A stretch of DNA of 64,000 bases from Clostridia bacterium (GTDB lineage: Bacteria; Bacillota; Clostridia; Christensenellales; CAG-138). The stretch spans positions 645,476 to 709,475 of the forward strand of contig JAFWOT010000012.1 in the NCBI GenBank assembly GCA_017509785.1. Direction: 5' to 3'. Below are positions 20,330 through 31,772 of this stretch, in pieces (positions within the stretch are counted from its first letter, which is position 1; each line of letters starts with the position of its first letter). The translations under genes and the position numbers were made by a program. The notes beneath the pieces are model-generated. The model searched no databases, was not told where the DNA came from, and saw only the letters and a program-made list of their open reading frames with translations.

Positions 20330-23300
20330 TCAGTTGAGATCAAGAGCGTAGCGCATGAGCGCGAGCGAATCGATCGAATCGATCACGCCGTCGCCGTTGA
20401 CGTCCATCATGGCGATTATCTCGTCGGAATAGGAGTCAACGCCCATCACGTAGCGCATGATCATCAGCGCGTCGACGGTGTTGACTTCGCCGTCGCCGTT
20501 GAGATCGGGGAACCCGGGGGTGACGACGATCTCGGCACGGTTCCTGACGCGGATGCGCGGGGTGAGGCCGCCGTCAACGGAATCGGTATCGACCGTGATG
20601 GAGGCAAGACCGATGGCGGAGACCTTGTCGCCGGGCTTGATATCGATGACGTAATCGCTCATGATATAGCCGTCGATGAATACCCTGGCAGTGCCTGTGC
20701 CGTCGTTGACCATGATGGTCTCAAGCGCTCCGTCGGAGGAGTAGCCGATCGCTTCCGCGACGCCCTCGACCTTGACGAGGGTACCCGTCCAATCGGGGCT
20801 CATGGATTCGCCGGTGGAAAGCTCGAGAGGATCGATGATATGCTCCTCATGGCCCTCTATCGCGCAGATGTTCGTGACCACGAGTTCACGCTCGCCGTTA
20901 TAGGCGCCGAGAACGCCGGTCGCGCGCACGTACTGACCGATGTGGAAGTCGCCCGCAACGGGGAACAGGTTGATGCCGGCGGTATCGTCCTGCACGTAGA
21001 TGCAGTCGAAGAACGCGGTATCCTGATCGTAGCCGGAAGCGTTCGAGGTGACGTAACCCTCAACGGTGAACTTGCGGCCGGGCTCCGAAGCGTTGACCTC
21101 GGCGATCGGGGTGATGGTGGGCTCGGGGATGAGCTGCTTGATTATGTTCATCACGATCTGGTAGTTGGAGTTCTGGAGCGTGGTGGCGTTCTCGATCTCG
21201 ACCTGTACCTCGAAGGTGGAGAAGAACGTGACGCCGGAGGTGATGAGCCAGCCGCCGCCGGAGAGATCCTCAAGGGTCATCTCGACGACCTCGCCCATGG
21301 GAACGACTACCGTGTCGTTTTCATAATCGGGTACGTAGCTGGAGGAGCCGCCGAAGTCCGCGGTATAATTGGCGCCCCAGGTGGTGGAGTATCCCTTTAT
21401 GATGGGGATGGCGTTCTCACCGGGGATAACGGGCGCGCTGTTGTAGCCGGAGAAGGAGTTGTTGGTGGTTTCAAGAACGTCCTTCAGGAGCCAGACGGGC
21501 TCGCCGTTCCAGGTGTAGGAGTAGTTGTCCTCGGAGGTGAAGTAGATGCGGTAAGCCTCGTTGGCCTTCTCCACGTTATCGACGACTATGCCGTTGGCGA
21601 TGGTCGTATCGGAACCGATGGCGGCGAGGATCCCGTTCGTGATGGTGTGAGCCTGTTCGGCTATATTGGTGGGATTGCCGCGGTCGGACTTGGAGCAGAC
21701 GATGAGGTTGCCGCCGTTTGCCGCGTACTCGGCGATGGCGTCGAGCTCGGCCTGGGTGTAGAGGTTGGCCTCGCCGACGTTCTCCCATCCGACGTAGGGA
21801 ACGGTCAGCACGAGCAGGGCGTAATCCTTGATGTTATCGTAGGTCAGCTCGCCCGCGTGGACGTAGTTCGTGCGGATGGCGTTCTGGGCGCAGAGCTCTA
21901 TGAACGCGGCGTCGGAGCCGGCGTAGTTGCCGGATACGTAGAAGTTGGCGTGACCGGTGTCGATACCGATGTCAAGGAGCTCGGAGGGATCGAGAACGTC
22001 CATCTCATAGCTGTAGGCGAACTGCATCATCGTCTCGCCGAGGTAACCCGTGACGGTGACGGTGAAGGTCTGCTTGCCGAGAGCCGTGGGAGTGAAGCTG
22101 TAGTGCTGCACGAGCTCGGAGTTGGAGGCGACGGTGCCGGGGTTCTCGATGACGTCGAGGACGACGGCCTCGTTCTGACCGACGGCGATCGAATAGGAGA
22201 TCGTCTCGATCACGAAATCATCCGCCTCATAATTGTAGAGGGTGGTGTCGAATATCATCTCCTCATCCTTGACGGGGATGATGGTCTCGGTGGTGACTTC
22301 GGAGATGCCGACCTTGGAAACGTCGCCGACCCAGACGGGAGCAGTGACCGCGATGTCGCCGTCGGCCTGCTCTACCCTGATGAAGTAGTAGGAGTAGTCG
22401 TTGGGAAGGGTGACGTCGAGTATCGCGGAGGAGCCCGCGAAATCCTCGGAATAGGCGGTGATGCCGCCGTTGACTATGACTGAGATGCGCCCCACGCCCT
22501 CGCCGTCGGGATCGTTGACGGAGGCGTAGATGTTGACCGCGCTGATGGGGTTCTCCTCATCCTCGGGGATGATGGTGCCCATTATGCAGTCGTTCAGGGT
22601 GTAGTAGACCTCAAGGTTCTTGTCCTCGGTGGCGTAGATGGTCATGTTGCGCATGGCCTCATAGATGCCTTCCTCGGTGAAGTTGTCGGTGATGATAACG
22701 TCACGCGCGGTGTTGGCGTTGCCCCAGCGGCCCTTGTGGTTATCCTGGTTGTTGGTGGGAGCGACGTGCCAGCCCATATCGAGAGCGAGGGTGTACTGCT
22801 CATAGCTGGGCCAGTAGGCGGAACCGCCGATGGCGCCTTCGCCATTGCCGACCTCGACCATGGTGATAACGCGGTCGGCAGCTACGTCGTAGTAGCCGAA
22901 GTTATCGAAGTTGCCGAAGGTGGTGCCGGGATGGTTGAAGGCGTGGATGGTCTCGGTGTGCTGCTTGATGAGATCGTAGTAAGCAACGAGGCCCGCGCCG
23001 CCGTGGACGGTGTAGATGCTGTTCTGGCGGGAGACGATACCGGTGGAGTTGTAGGTGTTGATATGACCGTACTGACCGGACCAGGTCATCTCGTAACCGC
23101 CGATGAATATGACGTTGGACTGACGGGTGTTGAACTCGTCGATGAGGGTGGTGTAGTTATACCACTTGGAGTGGCCGTTTGCCGCAACGGTACCGGACTC
23201 CACGTCGAGGAAATCGCCGAGGTTGTCCTTGGTATCGAAGTAGTTGGAGTGATCGGTCACGGCGAGGAAGTCGACGTTCTCGCTCTCGGGCAGGCCGGTG

Positions 23301-26300
23301 ACGTAGGAGTAGACGTCCTCAAGGGAGCCGGCGCCGTCGGAATACTCCGCGGTATGGGCGTGGAGCTGACCGAAGTAGTAGCCGAACTGGGGCTCGCCGA
23401 CGGTGAACGCCCAGCTGTAGGTGACGGTGTGACCGTCCGCCCTCGTGATGGTGACGCTCGCGTTGTACTTGGCGTCGGGAAGCTCGCCCTCGTACTCAAA
23501 ATAGGCGGTATTGCCGTTGACGACGGTCTGGCCGCTGACGCCGGGTACGGTTATGACGACGGTGGGATCCTCGCCGGCATTCGCGAAGCGGACGCTGATG
23601 ACAGGGGTCTTATCGTCGAAAGTGGCGGAGTTCGCCCTCGGGGTGACGTCGATGATCTGGGGCAGGTCGACGATGGTTATCTCCGTCGTCATGGTGCTGA
23701 CGAGGCCGTAGATATCCGTCGCCGTGAAGGTGAGCTGCATCACCGAATTGCCCGCGGTTATCACGGAGCCGGGGATGAGCGCACGGTACTTGGAGTTGGT
23801 GGCGTTGTAGACCATCGGGATCTCGCCGGTGACTTCGCCGATGACGTAGGTGCAGACGACGGTATCTATGCCGTAATCGTCGGTGACGCCGACGGAAACG
23901 TCATAATCAACGCCGACTTCCGCGTCAAGGAAGGAGCCCTCGATGAAGTTGGGGGCCTTGTTCTCGCCGAAGTATTCGCCGCCCCTGAACTGCCAGGTGG
24001 AGGAATACTTGGAGAGAGCCGCGCAGAGGTCGACGACCTCGCCCGCGGTGACGCTGTAATTCGCGTAGGAAGCGGCGCGGTAGATGGGCATCGTGGCGCC
24101 GGTGGAGTCGGTAACGGTGGTGGAGCCGTTATCGTTGTAGGAGCCGAGGGTCACGTTCCTGACCATGACGTACTCGGAAAGGAGGTTTTCCTTATTGGCG
24201 AGCAGGTCGGCGAACGTGTCGAAGGGCTGGGCGGGGATGCGGTCGGTCGAATAGAGCTTCTCTACGGAGAGGGCGCTCTGGATCTGGGGAACGCCGCCGT
24301 AGGTGGTCTTGGTGGCGGATATCCTCAGGACGTCGCCGATCTGATAATCGTCGAGGGAGTTGTACATCTGGAGACCGTAGATCTCGCCGTCGATGATGTC
24401 CTCGAGTATGGCGGAGTTGATGGAATCGTAATTGCCGAACCTGTAAACGAGCTGGGCAATGACGGTGACTTCCGTCGAATCCGCGGCGGCGATGACCTCG
24501 GGTATGGTCATGACGCCCTCCTCGAAGAGATCCTCGGGGATCGGATCGCTGAACACGATATGCTCGGTCACGGAATCGGCGTCCGTCACGCGGAGCTGCA
24601 GGGCGTTGTAGCTCGAGACGATGGCGATCATATCGACGACGTCGCCCTCACCGAACTCGATCTCGGGGATCCTGTACACGTTGACGGTGTTCCCGTCCTG
24701 CGTTACGGGGGTGTTGCCGGAGGTGTTCACGGCGCCGAGGGTAACGCCCTCGAGCTTGACGCGCTCGCACATATAGGCGTCGGTATCGGCGAGGAGCTCC
24801 GCAAGAGTGACCTTCTCAAGCGGGAGCGCGTTGCCGGAGGAGATGATCTTGAATACCTCCTCGTTTGCGGCGTCTATGCCGGAGAGCTCGGGCAGGCCGC
24901 GGAAGGTCGCCCTTGTGCCCGTGGCCTCGACCATGTCGCCGATGCTGACCGTATCATTTGCGGCGTTGAGGTAGAGGTCGATGGCGGCGGTGGGATCCTG
25001 AACGTAGACGTTCCTGCCGTCGATGAATGTGACTACGCCGCGTACCGTCGCGGTTTCGCCCTCATTAAGGGCAAGCGCCTCTGCTATGGTTATATAGGGA
25101 AGATTCGTAACGACGTAATCCTCCGGGGAGCCGTTCCTGAGCTGGACGGTGGAATTGTACCTGGAGGCTACGGCGTATACGTCGACGGTGTCGCCCGCCG
25201 CAGCGCCGTCGGGATAGGCGGCAGCGCGGTAGATGGGCATGGACGCGCCGGTGGGATCGGTGATCGTGGTGGAGCCGTTGGAGTTATACTCGCCGAGGAC
25301 GGCGTCCCTGATCACGACGAACTCGGAAACGTAGTTCGCAATGTTGTTCATGAGCTCGGAGACGGTAACGGCCTGAGCTTCCATGGGACTGACCTCGGTG
25401 GAGAGAACGCTGACTGCGGTCACGTTCTGCACCTGGCGGACTCCGCCGTAATCGGAAGTCGTTCCGGTGACGGCAACTATATCGCCCACGTTGTAGGAGG
25501 CGATGTTGGTGTAATCGTAGATCTGCAGACCGACGATCTGACCGTTCTCAACGTCGCCGAGGGCGATGGAGTTGAGGGAGCCGTAGTTGCCGAACTTCAT
25601 GGTGACCTGGCCGACGACGGTGACCGTGCCGCCCGTGCTCGTGAGAGCGAGCACCTGCGCGATCGTGCTGTAATCGGGATAATCGGCGGGGTCGATGGGA
25701 TCGTCAGCGGGTGCGGGAGGCTCGGTGGGCTCGGGAGTCTCGGTGGGCTCGGGAGTCGATACGACCTCGACGTCGGAGGCGAGAGCCACGCGAAGCTGCA
25801 TGGAGTTGAACATGCCGACGACAGCCGTTACGTTGACGGTATCGCCCTCCGCTGCCTCGACCGCGGGGATCTTGTAGATGACCGTGGAGGATCCGTCCTG
25901 CGTGAGGTTCGTATTGCCGGAGGTATTGACGGCGCCTATGACGGCGTTCTTCACTATGACGCGCTCGCAGACGTAGTCGGCGGTGTTCGCGAGAAGCTCG
26001 GCGATCGTTACCTCCTGCAGGGGGAGCTCATGGCCGGTCGAGATGACGGCGAAGGCCGCCTCGTCGGAGCCGTTGATGCCGGAAAGCTCGGGCAGGCCCT
26101 TATACTCGGCGCGGGAGCCGGTCGCCTTGACGCGGTCGCCGAGGGCGAGCCCCGCGGGAACGGTGTTGCTGTTGAGGTAGAGATCGATCGCGCCGGTCTC
26201 ATCCTCGACGTAAATGTTCCTGCCGTCCATGAAGGTGACGATACCGGCGACGCAGACCTCGGCGCCGGTTTCGGCTGCGAGGGCTTCCGCTATCGTTACC

Positions 26301-27553
26301 GTGCCCTCGACGGGCTCAAGGGACTCGGCGGCGGTGACGTCCTCAGCCGCCGCTACGCGCAGCTGCATGTTGTTGAACATGCCGACGGAGGCGATCACGT
26401 TGACCTCGTCGCCCTCTGCAAAGTCGACGGCGGGGATCTTGTAGATGACGGTGGAGGCTTCACCCTGCGTAAGCGTGGTGTTGCCGGAGGTGTTCACCGC
26501 GCCTAAGACGGCCTTCTTAATAAGGACGCGCTCACAGATGTAGTCGGCGGTGTTCGCGAGAAGCTCGGCGATCGTGACCTCCTGCACGGGGACCGTGCCG
26601 CCCGTGGAGAGGATGCTGAACTGCGCCTCGTCCGCGGGGTTGACGCCGGAGAGCTCGGGCAGGCCCTTATAGGTGGTCTTGGCGCCCTTGGCCCTGACGG
26701 TATCGCCGACGGCAAGAGCGGAGGACGCGGCGGTGAGATAGACGCACATGCCGGCGGTCTCATCCTGAACGTAGACGTTCCTGCCGTCGATGAAGTTGAC
26801 TATGCCTTCGATCGTGACGTCGGCCGCGCCGTCGGCAAGGGCAACGGCCTCGGCGATCGTGACGACGCCGGAGACGGGCTCCTCGGTCACGACGGGCTCC
26901 TCGGTGGGAGCGGGAGTCACGACGGGAGTCTCGCCCGCGGGCTCGCCCGAGACGGTGAGATCGTCCATGCGGAGGGTGCCGCCGCCTGCGACGGTGCCGC
27001 CGTTGGCGCTCGTCGTATCGGTGACCGCGAAGCGGAGCTCAACGGCCTCCGCTCCGTCGCAGAGCTCGGGCAGGGTCCCTGTCAGAGTGCCCCACGCGGT
27101 GCCCTCGAGGGCGACGGAAGCGCCTTCGGCCGCGATGAAGTTCTCGCCGTCAACGCTGTAATAGAGGGTGATGTTCTTGGGCCCCGTGTTGGACGCACGG
27201 AACGCTGCGGATACGGCGACGCCGGTATACCCCTCGGTATTGACCGTGACCGAGTAGTATTTGGGCGCGGTTTCGGAAGCCCCATCCCAGTTGGCTGAGC
27301 TGATGGCCTTGGAGCTGCCGTTGCCCGCGGAATAAGAGAAGGCGTTACCGCTGTCCTCCCTTATGACGACGGCACCGGAATTGGCGTCGTTATACGTCGA
27401 AGGGTTCGGCGTCTGGGCTTCGAAATCCCAGGCGACGACGGTCTCCGCCGTCCTCATGCCGACGATACTCTTCGCCAGCGCGGAGGCGGGGACGAGCGAT
27501 ATCACCATCAGTGCCGCAAGCAGCAGAGCGGAGATACGTTTTACGCTGTTCAT
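20330..27553 (-). CDS. Giant secreted multidomain protein: OB-fold-like repeats, PHP-type (CehA/McbA-like) metallophosphoesterase domain, C-terminal dockerin
   Basis: ORF 20330..27619, trimmed to MNSVKRISALLLAALMVISLVPASALA (GGAGG RBS). It has at least 5 repeats of TIAEALA..V.G.VTFIDGRN.YVQD...YL. The PHP-like motif is FGQLHAHTAEYSDG...LAVTDHSNY. The C-terminus carries a duplicated DLNGDGEVN/DVNGDGVID dockerin. Confidence 0.85.
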   Translation of the reverse strand: MNSVKRISALLLAALMVISLVPASALAKSIVGMRTAETVVAWDFEAQTPNPSTYNDANSGAVVIREDSGNAFSYSAGNGSSKAISSANWDGASETAPKYYSVTVNTEGYTGVAVSAAFRASNTGPKNITLYYSVDGENFIAAEGASVALEGTAWGTLTGTLPELCDGAEAVELRFAVTDTTSANGGTVAGGGTLRMDDLTVSGEPAGETPVVTPAPTEEPVVTEEPVSGVVTIAEAVALADGAADVTIEGIVNFIDGRNVYVQDETAGMCVYLTAASSALAVGDTVRAKGAKTTYKGLPELSGVNPADEAQFSILSTGGTVPVQEVTIAELLANTADYICERVLIKKAVLGAVNTSGNTTLTQGEASTVIYKIPAVDFAEGDEVNVIASVGMFNNMQLRVAAAEDVTAAESLEPVEGTVTIAEALAAETGAEVCVAGIVTFMDGRNIYVEDETGAIDLYLNSNTVPAGLALGDRVKATGSRAEYKGLPELSGINGSDEAAFAVISTGHELPLQEVTIAELLANTADYVCERVIVKNAVIGAVNTSGNTNLTQDGSSTVIYKIPAVEAAEGDTVNVTAVVGMFNSMQLRVALASDVEVVSTPEPTETPEPTEPPAPADDPIDPADYPDYSTIAQVLALTSTGGTVTVVGQVTMKFGNYGSLNSIALGDVENGQIVGLQIYDYTNIASYNVGDIVAVTGTTSDYGGVRQVQNVTAVSVLSTEVSPMEAQAVTVSELMNNIANYVSEFVVIRDAVLGEYNSNGSTTITDPTGASMPIYRAAAYPDGAAAGDTVDVYAVASRYNSTVQLRNGSPEDYVVTNLPYITIAEALALNEGETATVRGVVTFIDGRNVYVQDPTAAIDLYLNAANDTVSIGDMVEATGTRATFRGLPELSGIDAANEEVFKIISSGNALPLEKVTLAELLADTDAYMCERVKLEGVTLGAVNTSGNTPVTQDGNTVNVYRIPEIEFGEGDVVDMIAIVSSYNALQLRVTDADSVTEHIVFSDPIPEDLFEEGVMTIPEVIAAADSTEVTVIAQLVYRFGNYDSINSAILEDIIDGEIYGLQMYNSLDDYQIGDVLRISATKTTYGGVPQIQSALSVEKLYSTDRIPAQPFDTFADLLANKENLLSEYVMVRNVTLGSYNDNGSTTVTDSTGATMPIYRAASYANYSVTAGEVVDLCAALSKYSSTWQFRGGEYFGENKAPNFIEGSFLDAEVGVDYDVSVGVTDDYGIDTVVCTYVIGEVTGEIPMVYNATNSKYRALIPGSVITAGNSVMQLTFTATDIYGLVSTMTTEITIVDLPQIIDVTPRANSATFDDKTPVISVRFANAGEDPTVVITVPGVSGQTVVNGNTAYFEYEGELPDAKYNASVTITRADGHTVTYSWAFTVGEPQFGYYFGQLHAHTAEYSDGAGSLEDVYSYVTGLPESENVDFLAVTDHSNYFDTKDNLGDFLDVESGTVAANGHSKWYNYTTLIDEFNTRQSNVIFIGGYEMTWSGQYGHINTYNSTGIVSRQNSIYTVHGGAGLVAYYDLIKQHTETIHAFNHPGTTFGNFDNFGYYDVAADRVITMVEVGNGEGAIGGSAYWPSYEQYTLALDMGWHVAPTNNQDNHKGRWGNANTARDVIITDNFTEEGIYEAMRNMTIYATEDKNLEVYYTLNDCIMGTIIPEDEENPISAVNIYASVNDPDGEGVGRISVIVNGGITAYSEDFAGSSAILDVTLPNDYSYYFIRVEQADGDIAVTAPVWVGDVSKVGISEVTTETIIPVKDEEMIFDTTLYNYEADDFVIETISYSIAVGQNEAVVLDVIENPGTVASNSELVQHYSFTPTALGKQTFTVTVTGYLGETMMQFAYSYEMDVLDPSELLDIGIDTGHANFYVSGNYAGSDAAFIELCAQNAIRTNYVHAGELTYDNIKDYALLVLTVPYVGWENVGEANLYTQAELDAIAEYAANGGNLIVCSKSDRGNPTNIAEQAHTITNGILAAIGSDTTIANGIVVDNVEKANEAYRIYFTSEDNYSYTWNGEPVWLLKDVLETTNNSFSGYNSAPVIPGENAIPIIKGYSTTWGANYTADFGGSSSYVPDYENDTVVVPMGEVVEMTLEDLSGGGWLITSGVTFFSTFEVQVEIENATTLQNSNYQIVMNIIKQLIPEPTITPIAEVNASEPGRKFTVEGYVTSNASGYDQDTAFFDCIYVQDDTAGINLFPVAGDFHIGQYVRATGVLGAYNGERELVVTNICAIEGHEEHIIDPLELSTGESMSPDWTGTLVKVEGVAEAIGYSSDGALETIMVNDGTGTARVFIDGYIMSDYVIDIKPGDKVSAIGLASITVDTDSVDGGLTPRIRVRNRAEIVVTPGFPDLNGDGEVNTVDALMIMRYVMGVDSYSDEIIAMMDVNGDGVIDSIDSLALMRYALDLN

Positions 27554-27702
27554 TGTTTTCCTCCCTGAATAGAATCTTGCACCTATGCTTCGCATAGTTA
27601 TACACATTAATGATACCACATTTCATTTCCCCGCGCTACATGAAAATGCAAATTTCGCGGATGAATTTTCGGTACATTTTTGTGACGCGGGCATGTTTCG
27701 CG

Positions 27703-27734
27703 GCAAAAAAAAGGGAGGGCGCGCACGCCCTCCC
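27703..27734 (-). terminator. Rho-independent terminator after fumC
   Basis: Stem GGGAGGGCG / CGCCCTCCC, followed by a T8 run on the minus strand. Confidence 0.8.
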
Positions 27735-27755
27735 CGAAGGATCGTAAAAAAGATA

Positions 27756-29132
<1,377 letters not shown>

Positions 29133-29152
29133 TTCGCGCCTCCGTTCTTATA

Positions 29153-29746
29153 TTATCGCCCCGACGCCGCGCTTCTTGCGGCGGACTTGACTTCGTTTAT
29201 TATTGCGTTCCATAGCTCCACCGGCTCCGAAAAGCCGCCGTAATCGAGCTTCAGCTTTATCGGATGCTCCGACTGGAGCTCCGCTGCGGTCTCCGCGTAT
29301 CCGTCGAAGAGGGAGACCATGACCTGCCTTTCGCGGCGAAGGAATATGAATTCGATGGAGTCCTCCTCCGCTTCGACGTAGCCGAGCTTCCACCCGCGCA
29401 GCGAAACGTAGTTGATGAAATCGGAGAGACCGTCCGCCTCATACCCGGCCATTATCTTTTTGAAGAGCGGGTCGCGGATCTCGTAGGGCTCTTGCTTTAT
29501 CCCCTCGTCCGGCTCCGCGTTCCTTTCCGCTTTGCCGCGCTTTACGGCGACGCCCACACATACGGCGACGGTTATAACAAGGAGCGCGGCGAGTCCGATA
29601 AGCGCCCATTCGAGCCACGGGGCTCCGCTGAACAATACGCTCAAAACGCCCACCGCCGCGCCGAGAAGCACGGGTATTATCAAGCCCTTAACCGAGACCC
29701 CCGCATGAGGGTACGCTTTTTCATGCGCGGCTGAAGCCCTCTTCAT
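29153..29746 (-). CDS. Membrane protein, function unknown
   Basis: 197 aa with two N-terminal TM helices and then a soluble domain. It overlaps the upstream HAD gene by 4 nt. Confidence 0.55.
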   Translation of the reverse strand: MKRASAAHEKAYPHAGVSVKGLIIPVLLGAAVGVLSVLFSGAPWLEWALIGLAALLVITVAVCVGVAVKRGKAERNAEPDEGIKQEPYEIRDPLFKKIMAGYEADGLSDFINYVSLRGWKLGYVEAEEDSIEFIFLRRERQVMVSLFDGYAETAAELQSEHPIKLKLDYGGFSEPVELWNAIINEVKSAARSAASGR

Positions 29747-30423
29747 ATGACTATCTCCTCTATATCGGCGGGGGCAGCGGCTAAATGATCCGCCTCGGCC
29801 GCATTAAGTTCCTCCCGTGAGCCGAACCCGAAGAGGACGCCGCAGGAATCTATCCCGTTAGCCTTCGCGCCCTCGATATCGTGCTTCCTGTCGCCGACCA
29901 TGAGGACGCCGCTCTTATCGGTCACGCCCAGCCTTTCCAGCGCGTAAGCGATCACGTCCGCCTTAGCAGAGCGAAGATGACCGCGCTTCCTGCCCTCCGC
30001 GTCGTCGAGCTCCGCGCCAAAAACGCCCGCAAGATATGGGCGGACGCCGATATCGTCTATCACGATATTCGCGAATACCTCGGGCTTCGAGGTCGCGACG
30101 GCGCAGAGGCATCCGCGTTCGTTAAGCCGCAGAAGCAGCTCGGGTATGCCGGGATAGACCGTGTTCTCGTGCACTCCGACGGAGGCGTAGCGGGAGCGGT
30201 AAACGTCTACGGCCTCCCCCGCTTTCTCCTTCGAAAAGCCGTAAAAGCGCATGAACGAATCGACGAGAGGCGGGCCTATGAAGCGGTAGAGCTCCTCCTT
30301 GGTCCGGGGCTCGATACCGAAATGCCGCAGGGCGAATTCGACGGAGCGCGTTATGCCCTCGCCCGAATCGACGAGAGTGCCGTCAAGATCGAAAAATATG
30401 AATTTATATCGTGTGTTTCCCAT
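29743..30423 (-). CDS. HAD-superfamily hydrolase (phosphoglycolate phosphatase-like)
   Basis: FIFFDLDGTLVDS is HAD motif I, and GDRKHDIEGAKANG is motif IV. Confidence 0.8.
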   Translation of the reverse strand: MGNTRYKFIFFDLDGTLVDSGEGITRSVEFALRHFGIEPRTKEELYRFIGPPLVDSFMRFYGFSKEKAGEAVDVYRSRYASVGVHENTVYPGIPELLLRLNERGCLCAVATSKPEVFANIVIDDIGVRPYLAGVFGAELDDAEGRKRGHLRSAKADVIAYALERLGVTDKSGVLMVGDRKHDIEGAKANGIDSCGVLFGFGSREELNAAEADHLAAAPADIEEIVI

Positions 30424-30429
30424 TTCCGC

Positions 30430-31152
30430 TCATTCTCCGAGACCCAGCATATGCGGGAGCTCGGCGTAGTTTTCATCGAGGAGCTCGAACTTCGCCCTCG
30501 GCAGCGAGCCGCTTCCCGAGGTCGCCGTCCGGATATAGAACGAATCCATTCCGAATGCCCCGGCGCAGGCGATATCGGTCAGCCTGTCGTTGCCCGTCAT
30601 AACGGCTCCCGCCGGATCGAGACCGTACCGTTCGAGAAGCTTCCGCATTATAAGCGGAGAGGGCTTCCTCACCCCGGCTTCGGAGGAGATGACGATACCG
30701 TCGAACGAATCCGCGATCCCGAGAAGGCGAAGCTCCGGGAGGGTGAACGCGGCCTGCGCGTTGCTTAAAAGGTAGATCCCGCTCCCCTTCCGGCGTATGC
30801 GTTCGAAAACGGGGACGACCCACGGATACAGACGGAGCTTCTTGAGCGAGGTTATCCGGAAGAACACCGCCGTCTCCTCCACGAGACGGTGATCCGCCTC
30901 TATGCCCTTTTCGGCATAGAGGGAGCGGAATACGCGCCTTATATCGAATTCATAGAGCGGATCGGGGTTTTCGGACTGCTCCTCCGCGCAGAGGCGGAGA
31001 TACTCCGAACGGAATTCCGCGGGCTCGTATCGCGCCCCGTGCTCGGAGTACCAAGCGGAGCAAAGCTCGTGATGTCTGGGATCCTCCTCGTCCGTGAGTA
31101 TATCGACAAGGGTGCCGTAGAGATCGAATATGTAATTAGAGTATCCTTTCAC
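30430..31152 (-). CDS. HAD-superfamily hydrolase
   Basis: YIFDLYGTLVDI is HAD motif I. The LLSNAQ and GNDRLTDIACAGAFGM motifs are also present. Confidence 0.75.
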   Translation of the reverse strand: MKGYSNYIFDLYGTLVDILTDEEDPRHHELCSAWYSEHGARYEPAEFRSEYLRLCAEEQSENPDPLYEFDIRRVFRSLYAEKGIEADHRLVEETAVFFRITSLKKLRLYPWVVPVFERIRRKGSGIYLLSNAQAAFTLPELRLLGIADSFDGIVISSEAGVRKPSPLIMRKLLERYGLDPAGAVMTGNDRLTDIACAGAFGMDSFYIRTATSGSGSLPRAKFELLDENYAELPHMLGLGE

Positions 31153-31332
31153 AGCCGCCCCTCCGTTTTGCGCTGCGCGGTCGCCCGCCGGTCAATTATA
31201 CCCTGTTTTCGTCCGGCGGTCAACAGCGCACGGCGCTCCCGGGGAAATGAAAAAAAGCTCCCCGGGGCGTCCGCTCGGAGCAAGTCCGAGTATCGGCCGC
31301 CGGGCCGGGGGAGCCTCGTCAGGAGCATCGGA

Positions 31333-31683
31333 TCAGATCAGCGCGAATATCGCCGAAAGATCGGAAGAATCGACTACGCCGTTGCCGGAGGCTTCGGCAT
31401 TCAAGAGCCCCTGTGCGCTCAGCTCGCACTCCTTCAGAAGGTAAGCCGAGAGCGCGAATGATATCCACTACTACACGATCAGCGTCAATACGGGATCCGT
31501 CTACGTACCGGGCGAGTTCCCGAAGCTCGAAGGGGTATCGTCGTCATCATCCCCGCCTCCTCCGCCCGTTGCTCCGGCAACGGCGTCGAAGCGCTCGGGC
31601 GCGGCGAACGCCGGGAGCGGCATGACGGACGCGATCAGCAGGACCGCAAGAACCACGGAAAGCAGCTTGGTCGTTTTTTTCAT
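31333..31683 (-). pseudogene. Decayed small secreted dockerin-only gene (frameshifted)
   Basis: A signal peptide (MKKTTKLLSVVLAVLLIASVMPLPAFA) and Gly/Asp linker end at a stop at 31501. The dockerin halves continue in two other frames: YVDGSRIDADRVVVDI and ISFALSAYLL...ASGNGVVDSSDLSAIFALI*. Confidence 0.5.
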
Positions 31684-31772
31684 TCGTTTTCTCCTTGTTA
31701 AAAAAATTACCCGCAGATTTGTGCGCATCAGTTAGCCAAGGCTAACTTAATGAACATAATAAAAGCGCCGTT

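Noticed and set aside
22736-26506. Very long plus-strand ORFs: 22736..26506 (1256 aa) and 20324..22483 (719 aa).
   Set aside because: They lie antisense to the 2,4xx-aa dockerin protein gene. Their translations are low-complexity Gly/Asp/Val/Ala strings with no recognisable motifs. This is typical of stop-poor shadow frames in GC-rich coding DNA, and the minus-strand frame has clear domains.
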